Shown: one piece after another, positions 48,780 through 57,894 of the stretch
Position numbering within the stretch: the first letter of the stretch is position 1
How the letters are laid out: each line of letters opens with the position of its first letter
Notes under the pieces: model-generated
What the model was told of the DNA's origin: nothing
The model's input: only the letters and a program-made list of their open reading frames with translations
Databases searched by the model: none
Translations under genes and position numbers: made by a program
From: an uncultured Desulfobulbaceae bacterium
GTDB lineage: Bacteria; Desulfobacterota; Desulfobulbia; Desulfobulbales; Desulfocapsaceae
Assembly: GCA_903887485.1 (NCBI GenBank)
Contig: CAISPV010000043.1
Location: 33,628 to 97,627, forward strand
DNA length: 64,000 nt
Direction: 5' to 3'

Positions 48780-49685
48780 CTCAGCCTTCTTCGCCAAGGG
48801 ATGGGCCTTATCATACACCTCGGCCAGATGGTCAAGGGTCAAATGGGTGTACCGCTGGGTCGTTGACAGACTGGCATGGCCGAGCAGTTCCTGCACCGAA
48901 CGGAGATCCGCGCCCATCTCCAGCAGATGGGTGGCAAAGGAATGACGAAGGGCATGCGGGGTCACCGTCTGCGGGATGCCCGCCCGCTCGGCGTAGGCTT
49001 GAACCATTCGCTCCACGCTTCTTGTGGTCAGACGGCTGCCGCGGCTATTAAGAAACAGCGCCTCTTTTTCCAGAGCCAGCCCCCGGCCCGCCCGCTCCTG
49101 CATCAATTGCTGCCGATTGGGCAACCAGGCCTGTACCGCCTCCCTGGCCGGTCGTCCCACCGGCACCAGCCGCTCCTTGTTTCCCTTGCCGCGCACCTTA
49201 AGCATTTCAGCTTCAAAATCAAGGTCTTCCAGATTGCGGGAAACAAGCTCTGCCACCCGCATTCCCGTAGAATACAAGAGCTCAAGGATAGCCAGATCGC
49301 GGGCCATGAAGGTGTCTTTCTGGTTCGGGGTCTCAAGGAGCAAAAAAACCTCATCCACTGTCAGAAACACCGGGATTAACTGAGCGATTTTAGGCCCTGA
49401 AATACCAGCCAACGGATCAGCCGCCACCACCTTCTGCCGCTGGAGGAAACGAAAAAAGCTGCGCAGGGCCGAAAGCTTCCGGGCAAGGGTCGCCGCACTA
49501 TTGTGTCCATGCAGACTGACCACAAATTTCCGAACGGCAGAGGCGTCGATGGCCTCAACCGCTGTGCCGTCAGCCAGGGTCGCGGCAAACTCCAGCAGAT
49601 CATGCTGATAGCCGGCAACCGTATGCGGAGAATACCCCTTCTCATAGCTCAGCCAGCGCAGAAAATCCGGGATCAGCTCTTTCAT
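48774..49685 (-). CDS. xerC: Tyrosine site-specific recombinase XerC
   Basis: N-terminal SAM-like domain. Catalytic residues lie in 'RVAELV', 'HALRHSFATHLL' and 'LLGHASLSTTQRYTH'. The xerC-hslV-hslU gene order is classical. Confidence 0.85.
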   Translation of the reverse strand: MKELIPDFLRWLSYEKGYSPHTVAGYQHDLLEFAATLADGTAVEAIDASAVRKFVVSLHGHNSAATLARKLSALRSFFRFLQRQKVVAADPLAGISGPKIAQLIPVFLTVDEVFLLLETPNQKDTFMARDLAILELLYSTGMRVAELVSRNLEDLDFEAEMLKVRGKGNKERLVPVGRPAREAVQAWLPNRQQLMQERAGRGLALEKEALFLNSRGSRLTTRSVERMVQAYAERAGIPQTVTPHALRHSFATHLLEMGADLRSVQELLGHASLSTTQRYTHLTLDHLAEVYDKAHPLAKKAEG

Positions 49686-49693
49686 GCTATAAA

Positions 49694-49726
49694 TTAAGTT
49701 TTAAATTTTAAGGTTTAAGTGTTAAG
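49694..49726. repeat. Degenerate A/T-rich variant of the heptamer repeat (TTTAAGG / TTTAAGT / GTTAAGA)
   Basis: TTAAGTTTTAAATTTTAAGGTTTAAGTGTTAAG lies in the xerC/xseB divergent spacer. GTTAAGG also occurs inside the array at 52976-53003. Confidence 0.4.
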
Positions 49727-49834
49727 ATCGTTCGTTTGAATCATCGCTTGTCGCCCTGATTTGACCCTGCAAGCGGCAAGACCGGTTTTTGAGGTTTCCT
49801 TACCACGTAACCACCGAACATCTTTTGATTTATT

Positions 49835-50083
49835 ATGGCCAAACAAACCTTTGAAGATGCCCTGGCCCGCCTTGAACAGCTCACCGAAGAGCTGGAAGAC
49901 GGCAACTTGAGCCTGGACAAAAGTCTCAAAAAATTTGACGAGGGGATCAAACTCGCCGCCTTCTGCAACAGCAGCCTGACCGAGGCCCGGGCCAAGGTCG
50001 AACTCATCCTGAACAAAGATGGCCAGCTGGAATCAGTTCCTTTTAACGAGATCACCAATGGAGATCAAGACTTATCTGAATGA
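49835..50083 (+). CDS. xseB: Exodeoxyribonuclease VII small subunit
   Basis: '[35 protein letters not shown]' is typical of XseB. Length is 82 aa. Confidence 0.9.
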   Translation: MAKQTFEDALARLEQLTEELEDGNLSLDKSLKKFDEGIKLAAFCNSSLTEARAKVELILNKDGQLESVPFNEITNGDQDLSE

Positions 50084-50963
50084 GCAGCGGCTGGTGATTG
50101 AGCGGGCCCTGGAACATTCCATGCTTACGGCGGAGATGGAACATGGCGTCTTTGCCCATCACATTGAGGCCATGCGCTACAGCCTCTTTGTCGGGGGTAA
50201 GCGGGTCCGCCCCATTCTCTGTCTGGCGGCCGGCCAGGCCATTGAAACACGGCCGGATCCAGACCCTGATCTGCTGCCCATCGCCTGCGCCCTGGAATGT
50301 ATCCACACCTATTCCCTTATCCATGACGATCTGCCGGCCATGGACAATGATGACCTGCGGAGAGGCAAGCCTACCAGCCATATCCTGTATGGCGAGGCTG
50401 GAGCCATCCTCGCCGGTGACGGCCTGCTGACCTGGGCCTTTGACCTGCTCAGCAACAGCAACCAGAGCACATTGACTGCGAAAAAACGACTGAAAATCAT
50501 CCACCTCATCGCCAGGGCCGCAGGATCTCTTGGCATGGTGGGTGGCCAGGCGCTGGATATTGCCAATGAGAATAAAGAGTTTCCCTTTGAAACCCTGCGC
50601 GCCATCCATCGCAGCAAGACCGGCGCCCTGATTACCGCCTCAATCCTGGCCGGGGCCATTGCTGCCGGGGCAGACCAGAAACAGCAAGAAGCCCTGACCA
50701 GATACGGCGAACAGGTGGGCCTGGCCTTCCAGATTGTCGATGATCTGCTCAACGTTACCGCCACCACCGAACAACTGGGCAAGGCCGCCGGCAGCGATGC
50801 GAGCAAAGGCAAGGCCACCTACCCAGCCTTCTTTGGCATCGATACCACCAGAGCCAAGGCAGAAACAGCAGTGCAAGAGGCCCTGGACGCCTTGATTCTC
50901 TTTGATGAAAAGGCCGACCCCTTGCGGGCCATTGCCCGATACATCCTTACCCGGTCGCATTAG
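50058..50963 (+). CDS. ispA: (2E,6E)-farnesyl diphosphate synthase / polyprenyl synthetase
   Basis: First and second Asp-rich motifs, '[17 protein letters not shown]' and 'FQIVDDLLN'. The start is set at 'MEIKTYL', overlapping the xseB 3' end. Confidence 0.88.
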   Translation: MEIKTYLNEQRLVIERALEHSMLTAEMEHGVFAHHIEAMRYSLFVGGKRVRPILCLAAGQAIETRPDPDPDLLPIACALECIHTYSLIHDDLPAMDNDDLRRGKPTSHILYGEAGAILAGDGLLTWAFDLLSNSNQSTLTAKKRLKIIHLIARAAGSLGMVGGQALDIANENKEFPFETLRAIHRSKTGALITASILAGAIAAGADQKQQEALTRYGEQVGLAFQIVDDLLNVTATTEQLGKAAGSDASKGKATYPAFFGIDTTRAKAETAVQEALDALILFDEKADPLRAIARYILTRSH

Positions 50964-51033
50964 TGCCTTAGAGATTATTTTGTTTTTTTTTGCAAGAAAA
51001 TAATCTTGTAAAGACACGTATCCCGTTTATCGG
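50963..51033 (+). repeat. Conserved roughly 72-nt hairpin element, copy A (between the ispA stop and the dxs start)
   Basis: GTGCCTTAGAGATTATTTTG-T9-GCAAGAAAATAATCTTGTAAAGACACGTATCCCGTTTATCGG. It contains a 10-bp perfect stem, AGATTATTTT/AAAATAATCT, and matches the reverse complement of 25330-25402. Confidence 0.65.
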
Positions 51034-51071
51034 GGTTAGAAGTTTAAAAAAATATCACTTTCATTCCCGTC

Positions 51072-52979
51072 ATGTTGACAAGCCATTACCTTGCCCCAAA
51101 AACCGTCAGACTCAAGGACATTCAGTCCCCCAGCGACCTGCGCCCTCTTTCCATCCCGGAACTTGAGATCATTGCCCAGGATATCCGGGAAGTCATCATC
51201 AATACCGTGGCCGAGACCGGCGGCCATCTGGCGCCAAGTCTGGGCGTGGTTGAACTGACCCTGGCCCTGCACTCTGTCTTCAATACCCCGGCAGACAAGC
51301 TGATCTGGGATGTGGGCCATCAGTGCTATGCCCATAAACTTGTTACCGGCCGTCAGGAGCAATTCCATACCCTGCGCCAGTACAAAGGGATGAGCGGTTT
51401 TCCCAAGTTCAGTGAAAGCGAATATGATGCCCTGGAAACCGGCCATGCCGGCACCTCCATCTCGGCTGCGCTTGGCATGTCGCTGGCCAAAGACCTGAAA
51501 GGTGACAAAAGCCGGGTACTAGCCGTGATCGGCGATGGCTCCATGACCACCGGCATGGCCTTTGAGGCCCTGAATCAGGCCGGCCATCTCGATAAAAACC
51601 TTATTGTTATCCTCAATGACAACGAGATGTCGATCTCGCCGAATGTCGGGGCCCTCTCCAGCTTTCTCAACCGCAAGATGACCGGCAAGACCATCAGCCA
51701 GATCCGCAATCATATCGCCACCAGATTACGCGAAATGCCGGGCATTGGGGACAACATCCTCAGCTTCCTCAAGAAAAGTGAAGAGAATTTCAAATGTTTT
51801 TTTACCCCCGGCATGCTCTTTGAGGCCCTGAAATTCTACTATGTAGGCCCAATCCCCGGCCATACACTCGAAGACCTGATCCCCACCCTGGAGAATGTCC
51901 GCGACAACCTCGATGGCCCGATACTGGTCCATGTCCTGACCACTAAAGGCAAGGGCTATAAGCCGGCAGAGACTCATCCCGGCAATTATCACGGGGTTGG
52001 ACCTTTTGATGTCAAGACCGGTATCCCTAAGCCCACTGACGAATCCATCAGTTACACTAAGGTCTTTGGCGACACCATGATCAAACTGGCCCGAGCTGAT
52101 CACAGGGTTGCCGCCATTTCCGCCGCCATGCCCGCCGGCACCGGACTGAGCGGATTTGCCAAAGAGTTTCCCGACCGTTTTTTTGATGTGGGGATTGCCG
52201 AGCAGCACGCGGTCACCTTTGCCGCCGGTCTCGCCCTGGAAGGGATCCTGCCGGTGGTGGCGATCTACTCTTCCTTCTTCCAGCGCTCGCTTGACCAGAT
52301 CATCCATGACGTCTGCCTGCCCAATCTGCCGGTCACCCTCGCCATTGACCGCGGCGGGATTGTGGGCGATGACGGCCCCACCCATCACGGGGTATTCGAC
52401 ATCTCATTTCTTCGCTTTATCCCCAATCTCAGTTACATGGCGCCAAAAGATGAGGATGAGCTTCAACATATGCTCTACACCGCCATCTCTCACCATTCTC
52501 CCTGCGCGGTGCGCTACCCGCGCGGGGCAGGCGAGGGAGTAACGCTGACAGATGAGCTAAAAAAACTGGAGTTCGGCAAGGGTGAACTGCTGCGGGAAGG
52601 AACCGATATCCTCCTGCTGCCTGTCGGCAACCGGGTCTATCCGGCATTGCGCGCCGCCGAGGGTCTGCAGAAACTCGGCATCGACGCGGCAGTCATCAAT
52701 CCCCGGTTCATCAAACCCATGGATGGGGATCTCATCTCCTTCTGGGCAGAACAGACCGGCCGGGTACTGACCATTGAAGATAATGTCCGGCAGGGCGGCT
52801 GGGGCAGCGCGGTGCTGGAACTCCTGTCGGCACGCCACCTCTTTCATATCAAGACCATGCTCCTGGCCCACCCCGATCACTTCATCGAACATGGCCCCCA
52901 GAACACCTTATGGAAAAACAGCGGCCTGGACTCCCCTGCCATTATCAGCGCCGCCATGGAACTGATGAAGAGAGGCTGA
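51072..52979 (+). CDS. dxs: 1-deoxy-D-xylulose-5-phosphate synthase
   Basis: 'GGHLAPSLGVVELTLALH' and the TPP motif 'GDGSMTTGMAFEALN'. Length is 635 aa. The xseB-ispA-dxs operon order is conserved. Confidence 0.95.
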   Translation: MLTSHYLAPKTVRLKDIQSPSDLRPLSIPELEIIAQDIREVIINTVAETGGHLAPSLGVVELTLALHSVFNTPADKLIWDVGHQCYAHKLVTGRQEQFHTLRQYKGMSGFPKFSESEYDALETGHAGTSISAALGMSLAKDLKGDKSRVLAVIGDGSMTTGMAFEALNQAGHLDKNLIVILNDNEMSISPNVGALSSFLNRKMTGKTISQIRNHIATRLREMPGIGDNILSFLKKSEENFKCFFTPGMLFEALKFYYVGPIPGHTLEDLIPTLENVRDNLDGPILVHVLTTKGKGYKPAETHPGNYHGVGPFDVKTGIPKPTDESISYTKVFGDTMIKLARADHRVAAISAAMPAGTGLSGFAKEFPDRFFDVGIAEQHAVTFAAGLALEGILPVVAIYSSFFQRSLDQIIHDVCLPNLPVTLAIDRGGIVGDDGPTHHGVFDISFLRFIPNLSYMAPKDEDELQHMLYTAISHHSPCAVRYPRGAGEGVTLTDELKKLEFGKGELLREGTDILLLPVGNRVYPALRAAEGLQKLGIDAAVINPRFIKPMDGDLISFWAEQTGRVLTIEDNVRQGGWGSAVLELLSARHLFHIKTMLLAHPDHFIEHGPQNTLWKNSGLDSPAIISAAMELMKRG

Positions 52980-53003
52980 AGGGTTAAGGCTGAAGGCTGA
53001 AGG
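52976..53003. repeat. Solo tandem heptamer array CTGAAGG GTTAAGG CTGAAGG CTGAAGG
   Basis: Four direct heptamers that start inside the dxs stop codon (GGC TGA). I saw no inverted partner downstream. Confidence 0.7.
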
Positions 53004-53051
53004 ATTCTGATTCCCCCTTGCACCGCATCAAAGCAAAAAAAACCTACAACC

Positions 53052-54056
53052 ATGAAACATTCTCTCACCAGCAACACCATCGCCCGCCTGCGCCTGACAA
53101 GCCAGTCTGTCTTTGCCTTGTTTTGTCTCGTCGTCGGCTGGCAATTCTATCAATTTTATCTCTGGGCAACCAGTGTATCTGATCGCGTCGCTCCTCAGCG
53201 TCCGCCTGCGGTCGAGGCCTTTCTCCCCCTTGGCGCCCTGGTCAGCCTGAAACGGTTTGTTCTTTCCGGAGAGTATGACGCAATTCATCCGGCGGGTCTC
53301 ACTATCTTCCTGGCCGCCCTGTTTCTTGGCCTCTTTTTACGCAAAGGGTTCTGCGGCTGGATCTGCCCCGTTGGCTTCACCTCCAATCTTGCGGAAAAGA
53401 TCGGCAGGAAACTGCACATCCTGGCGACCATTCCCTCCTGGCTCGACCTGCCGCTGCTCTCTCTGAAATATCTGCTGCTCGCCGCGTTCTCCTGGCTCAT
53501 CCTCTGGAAGATGAACCTGCAGGAGCTCAGCTCTTTTCATTTTTCATCCTACAACATGATCTCGGATGCCAAGATGCTCCATTTCTTTCTGGATCCCAGC
53601 CTGCTCGCCGGTTCGATCATGCTCCTGCTCATGGCCCTGTCCTTTGTAGTGAAAAATCTCTGGTGCCGCTATCTCTGCCCCTATGGCGGCCTCCTTGGCC
53701 TTTTAGCCATCTTCAGTCCCTTTCAGATCAAACGTGACCAGCACCTGTGTATTGACTGCAAAAGATGCGAGACAGTCTGCCCGGCATCCATCCAGATCAC
53801 CGCCAGACAAACCGTGCGCAACTGTGAATGTATCGGCTGCCTGGAATGCCTCCCGGTCTGCCCCAAAAAAGAATGCCTCACGCTCTCCCTGCCGGGAAAG
53901 GCAGCAGCCCCACCGCTCCTGCTGCCAACGCTGATCATCGGCTCATTTCTCCTCTTCTGGCTTGTGGCCCGACTGAGCGATCACTGGCAAAGCCAGATCC
54001 CGCCTGAGACCTTCCGCCACTATTACCAGCAGATTCAGTCGATTGGCCACCCGTAA
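53052..54056 (+). CDS. Membrane-bound 4Fe-4S polyferredoxin (NapH/MauN/NosR-like)
   Basis: Several TM helices, 'GFCGWICPVG' and 'WCRYLCPYGG' motifs, and ferredoxin clusters 'CIDCKRCETVCP' and 'CIGCLECLPVCP'. Confidence 0.75.
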   Translation: MKHSLTSNTIARLRLTSQSVFALFCLVVGWQFYQFYLWATSVSDRVAPQRPPAVEAFLPLGALVSLKRFVLSGEYDAIHPAGLTIFLAALFLGLFLRKGFCGWICPVGFTSNLAEKIGRKLHILATIPSWLDLPLLSLKYLLLAAFSWLILWKMNLQELSSFHFSSYNMISDAKMLHFFLDPSLLAGSIMLLLMALSFVVKNLWCRYLCPYGGLLGLLAIFSPFQIKRDQHLCIDCKRCETVCPASIQITARQTVRNCECIGCLECLPVCPKKECLTLSLPGKAAAPPLLLPTLIIGSFLLFWLVARLSDHWQSQIPPETFRHYYQQIQSIGHP

Positions 54057-54081
54057 AGATGCGGACAAAAGTCATCAGACA

Positions 54082-54110
54082 TTGACACCCTCAGGCAAAT
54101 GACGTACATT
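54082..54110 (+). promoter_or_regulatory. Putative sigma70 promoter upstream of tatB (TTGACA-17 bp-TACATT)
   Basis: TTGACA at 54082-54087 and TACATT at 54105-54110. The -10 ends about 88 bp upstream of the tatB ATG. Confidence 0.4.
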
Positions 54111-54197
54111 TATTCTCCATGTCAATCACGTTGCATAATGGATTGAAACAAAAAACTCTTTTTCCCTCCTGATTTCTTTACCCACAAGGCACCTTCT

Positions 54198-54662
54198 ATG
54201 TTTGGCATCGGTCTTCCTGAAATGATTGTGATTCTGGCCATCGCCCTTATCGTGGTCGGGCCGGATAAATTGCCTGGTCTCGCCCGATCTTCGGCAAAAT
54301 GGTTGCTGGAGTTGAAAAAAATGGCCGAGACGCTCAAAAAAGACCTGACAGCAGACGGCACCCTGGACGCCATCAAATCCGACCTCACCAATGGTGCCCT
54401 GGGACTCAAAGACAACCTGCTTGAATCATCCGATCAGTCCTGGAAGACCCTTACCCCTGGCGAAGGGGTGAATCCCGCCCCTGACAAAACAAAAGGCACG
54501 ATCATTGAGGCCGAGATCATTACAGCGGATGACACCAACAAGCCTGCCTCCCCTGCGGCACCAACAGCTGACCAGTCGACAGATGAGGCCGGCACGATGA
54601 CAAAACATACCGCGCCGGAAAAAGAAACCACACCAGCCAAGAACGCTCCGCCAACATGTTGA
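54198..54662 (+). CDS. tatB: Twin-arginine translocase subunit, TatB-like (TatA/B/E family)
   Basis: 'MFGIGLPEMIVILAIALIVVGPDKLP' TM plus hinge, followed by an amphipathic helix and a long acidic/Pro-rich tail. Length is 154 aa. Confidence 0.8.
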   Translation: MFGIGLPEMIVILAIALIVVGPDKLPGLARSSAKWLLELKKMAETLKKDLTADGTLDAIKSDLTNGALGLKDNLLESSDQSWKTLTPGEGVNPAPDKTKGTIIEAEIITADDTNKPASPAAPTADQSTDEAGTMTKHTAPEKETTPAKNAPPTC

Positions 54663-55381
54663 CCAGAAGCCTTGAGCTCCTTGCCCCGCACCTCCAGGAA
54701 CTGCGAACACGGTTAATCAAGGCCTTCCTGGCTATTATCGTCTGCACGGCCATCGCCTATGGCTTTTCCGAGTATATTGTCAGGCTCTTTCTGGCCCCAC
54801 TTTTTCAGGCCAGCCCTCTCATCAGCAAGCTGGTGTACACCAACCTGCCGGAGGCCTTTGTCGCCTACCTCAAACTGGCGCTGCTCGTAGGCCTTGTCGC
54901 CAGCTTTCCAGTCATCCTCTATCAGATATGGACGTTTATCGCCCCGGGACTCAAAACCAATGAAAAGAAGCTCACCACAGTGGTCATCTTCTGGGCCACT
55001 CTCCTGTTCGCCGCCGGAGCAGCCTTTGCCTTTTTCGCTATCCTGCCGAGAATGCTCCACTTCTTTATGAGTTATGCCACTCAGAACCTGATCCCCCTCC
55101 CCAAGTTCGAAGGTTACCTGACCTTTGTGGCCCGGACCATGCTGGCCTTCGGACTTTCTTTCGAGATCCCCTTTCTCATGGTTATGGCCGGCAAGGCTGG
55201 ATTTGTCCAGGCCGGCTCCTTCCGCAAAAAAAGACTCTCTTTTTACGCGGCCATTGTCGTCCTGGCCTTTCTCCTGACTGCCGGCGACTTCATGGCCACG
55301 GCCATGCTGGCCATCCCCCTGTTTGGCTTGTACGAAGCAGGGATCTTTCTCACTGTCCTCTTTGGTGCCGGAACGAAATAA
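54656..55381 (+). CDS. tatC: Twin-arginine translocase subunit TatC
   Basis: Six predicted TM segments. 'LELLAPHLQELRTRLIKAFLAIIV' is a TatC-type N-terminus. It overlaps tatB by 7 nt. Confidence 0.88.
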   Translation: MLTRSLELLAPHLQELRTRLIKAFLAIIVCTAIAYGFSEYIVRLFLAPLFQASPLISKLVYTNLPEAFVAYLKLALLVGLVASFPVILYQIWTFIAPGLKTNEKKLTTVVIFWATLLFAAGAAFAFFAILPRMLHFFMSYATQNLIPLPKFEGYLTFVARTMLAFGLSFEIPFLMVMAGKAGFVQAGSFRKKRLSFYAAIVVLAFLLTAGDFMATAMLAIPLFGLYEAGIFLTVLFGAGTK

Positions 55382-55393
55382 CGTATGCGGGCC

Positions 55394-55423
55394 TTGACAA
55401 GGCTGCTGTGATGTCTCTAAAAT
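55394..55423 (+). promoter_or_regulatory. Putative sigma70 promoter (TTGACA-18 bp-TAAAAT)
   Basis: TTGACA at 55394-55399 and TAAAAT at 55418-55423, upstream of the ORF at 55536. Confidence 0.35.
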
Positions 55424-55535
55424 TGGAAGGAGAATCAGGGCAGTGCCATGCCGCTACGGGTGAAAGCTTACCTCTTGTAAACTCGACCCCATAGTGACTT
55501 GACTGAAGGGACCACCATATAACGGAGGAAGCATC

Positions 55536-55904
55536 ATGAAAAAAATGTTCCTGCTGATTGTAAGTGCCTTATTTTTTTTGAGCGCGGGATCGGCCTTAGC
55601 CAATAAGTCGACTGTCCGCCTGGAAGCCCCAGTGAACGCCGCCCAAGGAGAGAAGATCAAAATTACGCTCTTTGTCACCCACAGTGCCAATAATTTTTTT
55701 CATCATACAAGCATGGTGTCTCTCACAATCAATGGCAAGGAAGTGACCCGCTGGGAGTTCAGCGTGTTCAATCTTCCGGAGGCGGCCGAGTTCAGTCGTA
55801 CCTTTGAGTACGTGATGACAGGGCCAATCACCCTTGAATCAGCAGCTTCCTGCAATATCCATGGCAGCGCCAACACGGCAACGGCGACAGTAGGTCTGCA
55901 ATAG
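55536..55904 (+). CDS. Secreted protein with a superoxide-reductase-like (desulfoferrodoxin Fe-binding domain-like) pattern
   Basis: Signal peptide 'MKKMFLLIVSALFFLSAGSALA'. 'THSANNFFHH' and the C-terminal 'CNIHG' recall the His cluster and CN(L/I)HG ligand motif of neelaredoxin/desulfoferrodoxin centre II. Confidence 0.4.
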   Translation: MKKMFLLIVSALFFLSAGSALANKSTVRLEAPVNAAQGEKIKITLFVTHSANNFFHHTSMVSLTINGKEVTRWEFSVFNLPEAAEFSRTFEYVMTGPITLESAASCNIHGSANTATATVGLQ

Positions 55905-55945
55905 TTCCTACTGGATATTTTCAACATTCTGAGAGGAGTGATGGT

Positions 55946-56131
55946 ATGCGAATTGGCGGAATTTCCCTGGTGCAGCTCCTCGGGATCATCAATTTTCTTC
56001 TTCTTCTTTTTCAGCTCTTTTCCGGCCAACATTGGATACGGGTAAAAATAGGCATCCACCGCAAGGTTGGCCTGGCGCTTGTTGTCACTGCGAGCCTGCA
56101 CGGATTTTTAGCATTTATGACCGCCAATTAA
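55946..56131 (+). CDS. Small two-TM membrane protein (hypothetical)
   Basis: 61 aa with two hydrophobic helices. It starts 41 nt after the preceding ORF. There is no family assignment. Confidence 0.3.
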   Translation: MRIGGISLVQLLGIINFLLLLFQLFSGQHWIRVKIGIHRKVGLALVVTASLHGFLAFMTAN

Positions 56132-56234
56132 AAAGGATCGCTCTTCTATTTTGACGGTCAGCAGAACCAACCCGGTATTGGCGCTGCAGATGCTGATGAA
56201 GCACATGAAAAGGGCCACACCTTCAAATCCTATT

Positions 56235-57269
56235 TTATAAACCAGCGGCTTTAATCTCCTGTTTCAACAAACAGCAGGAGATCCGGTGTTCAGGCCGTCC
56301 TGAGGCGTCATAGCGGATGGTATCGGGCTGGAGCAGCTTGTTCATCACGCAGCCTTCGGCAATATTCAGGGTAAAGAACCGGTCTTCCATCAGTCCCTCA
56401 TTGTGCAACAGGGTGTCCTGTTCAATACGCCAGGCATGGATGGGGTAATCCTCGCACAAGGGGCAGCGATAGACCCGGCCATTGGGAAAGATAAAGAAAT
56501 TATCGGCCACAACACCGGCACACTCAAAAGGCTCGCTTTCCTCAAGAAACACCTTGGGATAGGTGACATGGATACCCTGCTCCGCCGCCTTCCTGGCCAC
56601 CTCCGGCACCACCCGCAGCCACTGTTCAGGGCTCACCTGCCATCCGCTTTTGCCATTCTCCTGATTACAGATGTTGCTATCCTGCGCCGGTTTCCCCCGC
56701 AGTCCGATCACCTGAATAAAAAATCGCCTGACCCCCAGTTCACCCAGCAGCGCCACCATCCGCGGCAGATGGTCAATATTGAGGCTGGAGACGGTATAGA
56801 TCACACTGACCGCAAAACCACGGGCCACGGCCTTGCGCAGATTGGCTGTGCACATTGCAAAGACGCCCTGGCCGCGGATGGGATCATTGACCGCCGCATC
56901 CGGGCCATCGAGACTGAAACTCAGATAATCAAGCAGCTCCGGGGTCGTATGATCCAGCAGATCATGAAAGAGATAACCGTTGGAGTCAACGGTGACTGCA
57001 AAGCCACAGGCCTTGGCCTTGGCAATCCCATGCACCAGATCGGGATGGAGGGTGGGTTCACCGCCCAGGAAGATCATGTTGGATTTCTGATCAGGACGGG
57101 CAAAGAGCTCGATCCACCGTTCCATGGTCTCCCGCGGCAGGGTCTGTCGGCCATGCTGCTCCGGGTTGATATAACAGTGCCGGCAGGAGAGATTACAGGC
57201 CGTGAGGATATGAAAAAAAACGTTCCGTTCGCCGGGGACAAACCCGACCGTTCTCGCTGTTGGGATCAT
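56235..57269 (-). CDS. Radical SAM enzyme with a Cys-rich C-terminal region, function unknown
   Basis: 'CNLSCRHCY' is a CxxxCxxC cluster and 'FLGGEPTL' a SAM-binding motif. The C-terminal cysteines lie in 'YRCPLCEDYP', 'AEGCVMN' and 'ISCCLL'. Confidence 0.75.
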   Translation of the reverse strand: MIPTARTVGFVPGERNVFFHILTACNLSCRHCYINPEQHGRQTLPRETMERWIELFARPDQKSNMIFLGGEPTLHPDLVHGIAKAKACGFAVTVDSNGYLFHDLLDHTTPELLDYLSFSLDGPDAAVNDPIRGQGVFAMCTANLRKAVARGFAVSVIYTVSSLNIDHLPRMVALLGELGVRRFFIQVIGLRGKPAQDSNICNQENGKSGWQVSPEQWLRVVPEVARKAAEQGIHVTYPKVFLEESEPFECAGVVADNFFIFPNGRVYRCPLCEDYPIHAWRIEQDTLLHNEGLMEDRFFTLNIAEGCVMNKLLQPDTIRYDASGRPEHRISCCLLKQEIKAAGL

Positions 57270-57350
57270 GAAAATTGCAAGGTAAAGGGTGGAATCCTCC
57301 GGCAGACGGGCTTTCCTGCCTGAGGATCAAGAGAAGATATCCGGTTTAAA

Positions 57351-57863
57351 TCAGCTCTGTTGCAGGGTATACGTGGCCAGTAGTGAATCTCTCCAGTAAG
57401 GGTTATCGGGATTGCTGAAAAATTGCTGAAAAAGGGCCAGGCTCTCCTGCCTGAGCACCGCAGGCACCACCTCGATTTCCATGGCCGCATACAGGGGATT
57501 CAGTGCGGTCAGGGGCAGGCTGGTGCCGCCACCCATCACATCCTCATAGGCATAGACGATCTTTCTGAACCCATTGAGAATCAAGCTGGAAAAACACATG
57601 AGGCACGGCTCCATAGTGGCATAGACCGTCACCTCCTGCGACGCGACGCCCGACTCCGCATCAAGAAACGAGCGCAGGGCCAGCATCTCGGCATGGTCTA
57701 TCTCGTTGACCCTGCCGCTGGAATGGGCTCTTTTGCCGGAGGCAATAACCACCCCTTTATGCACCAGAACACAGCCCACCGGAAACTCTCCCTGCTTAAG
57801 CGCCGCCTCGGCCTCGGCCAGGGCCAGTAACATCAGTATTTCATGTTCCCGCATTTTCCACAC
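57351..57863 (-). CDS. CMP/dCMP-type zinc deaminase (TadA / nucleoside deaminase-like)
   Basis: 'HAEMLALR' (HAE) and 'EPCLMCFSS' (PCxxC) zinc-binding motifs. Length is about 167-170 aa. Confidence 0.8.
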   Translation of the reverse strand: MWKMREHEILMLLALAEAEAALKQGEFPVGCVLVHKGVVIASGKRAHSSGRVNEIDHAEMLALRSFLDAESGVASQEVTVYATMEPCLMCFSSLILNGFRKIVYAYEDVMGGGTSLPLTALNPLYAAMEIEVVPAVLRQESLALFQQFFSNPDNPYWRDSLLATYTLQQS

Positions 57864-57894
57864 CCAAAAATCTCATGGTTTCCCTGCCTCACGC

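Noticed and set aside
56235-57269. The radical-SAM gene considered as a prokaryotic viperin.
   Set aside because: Only the generic CxxxCxxC and GGEP motifs are visible. I cannot see viperin-specific C-terminal features or an associated nucleotide kinase or transporter. A profile comparison is needed before making such a call.
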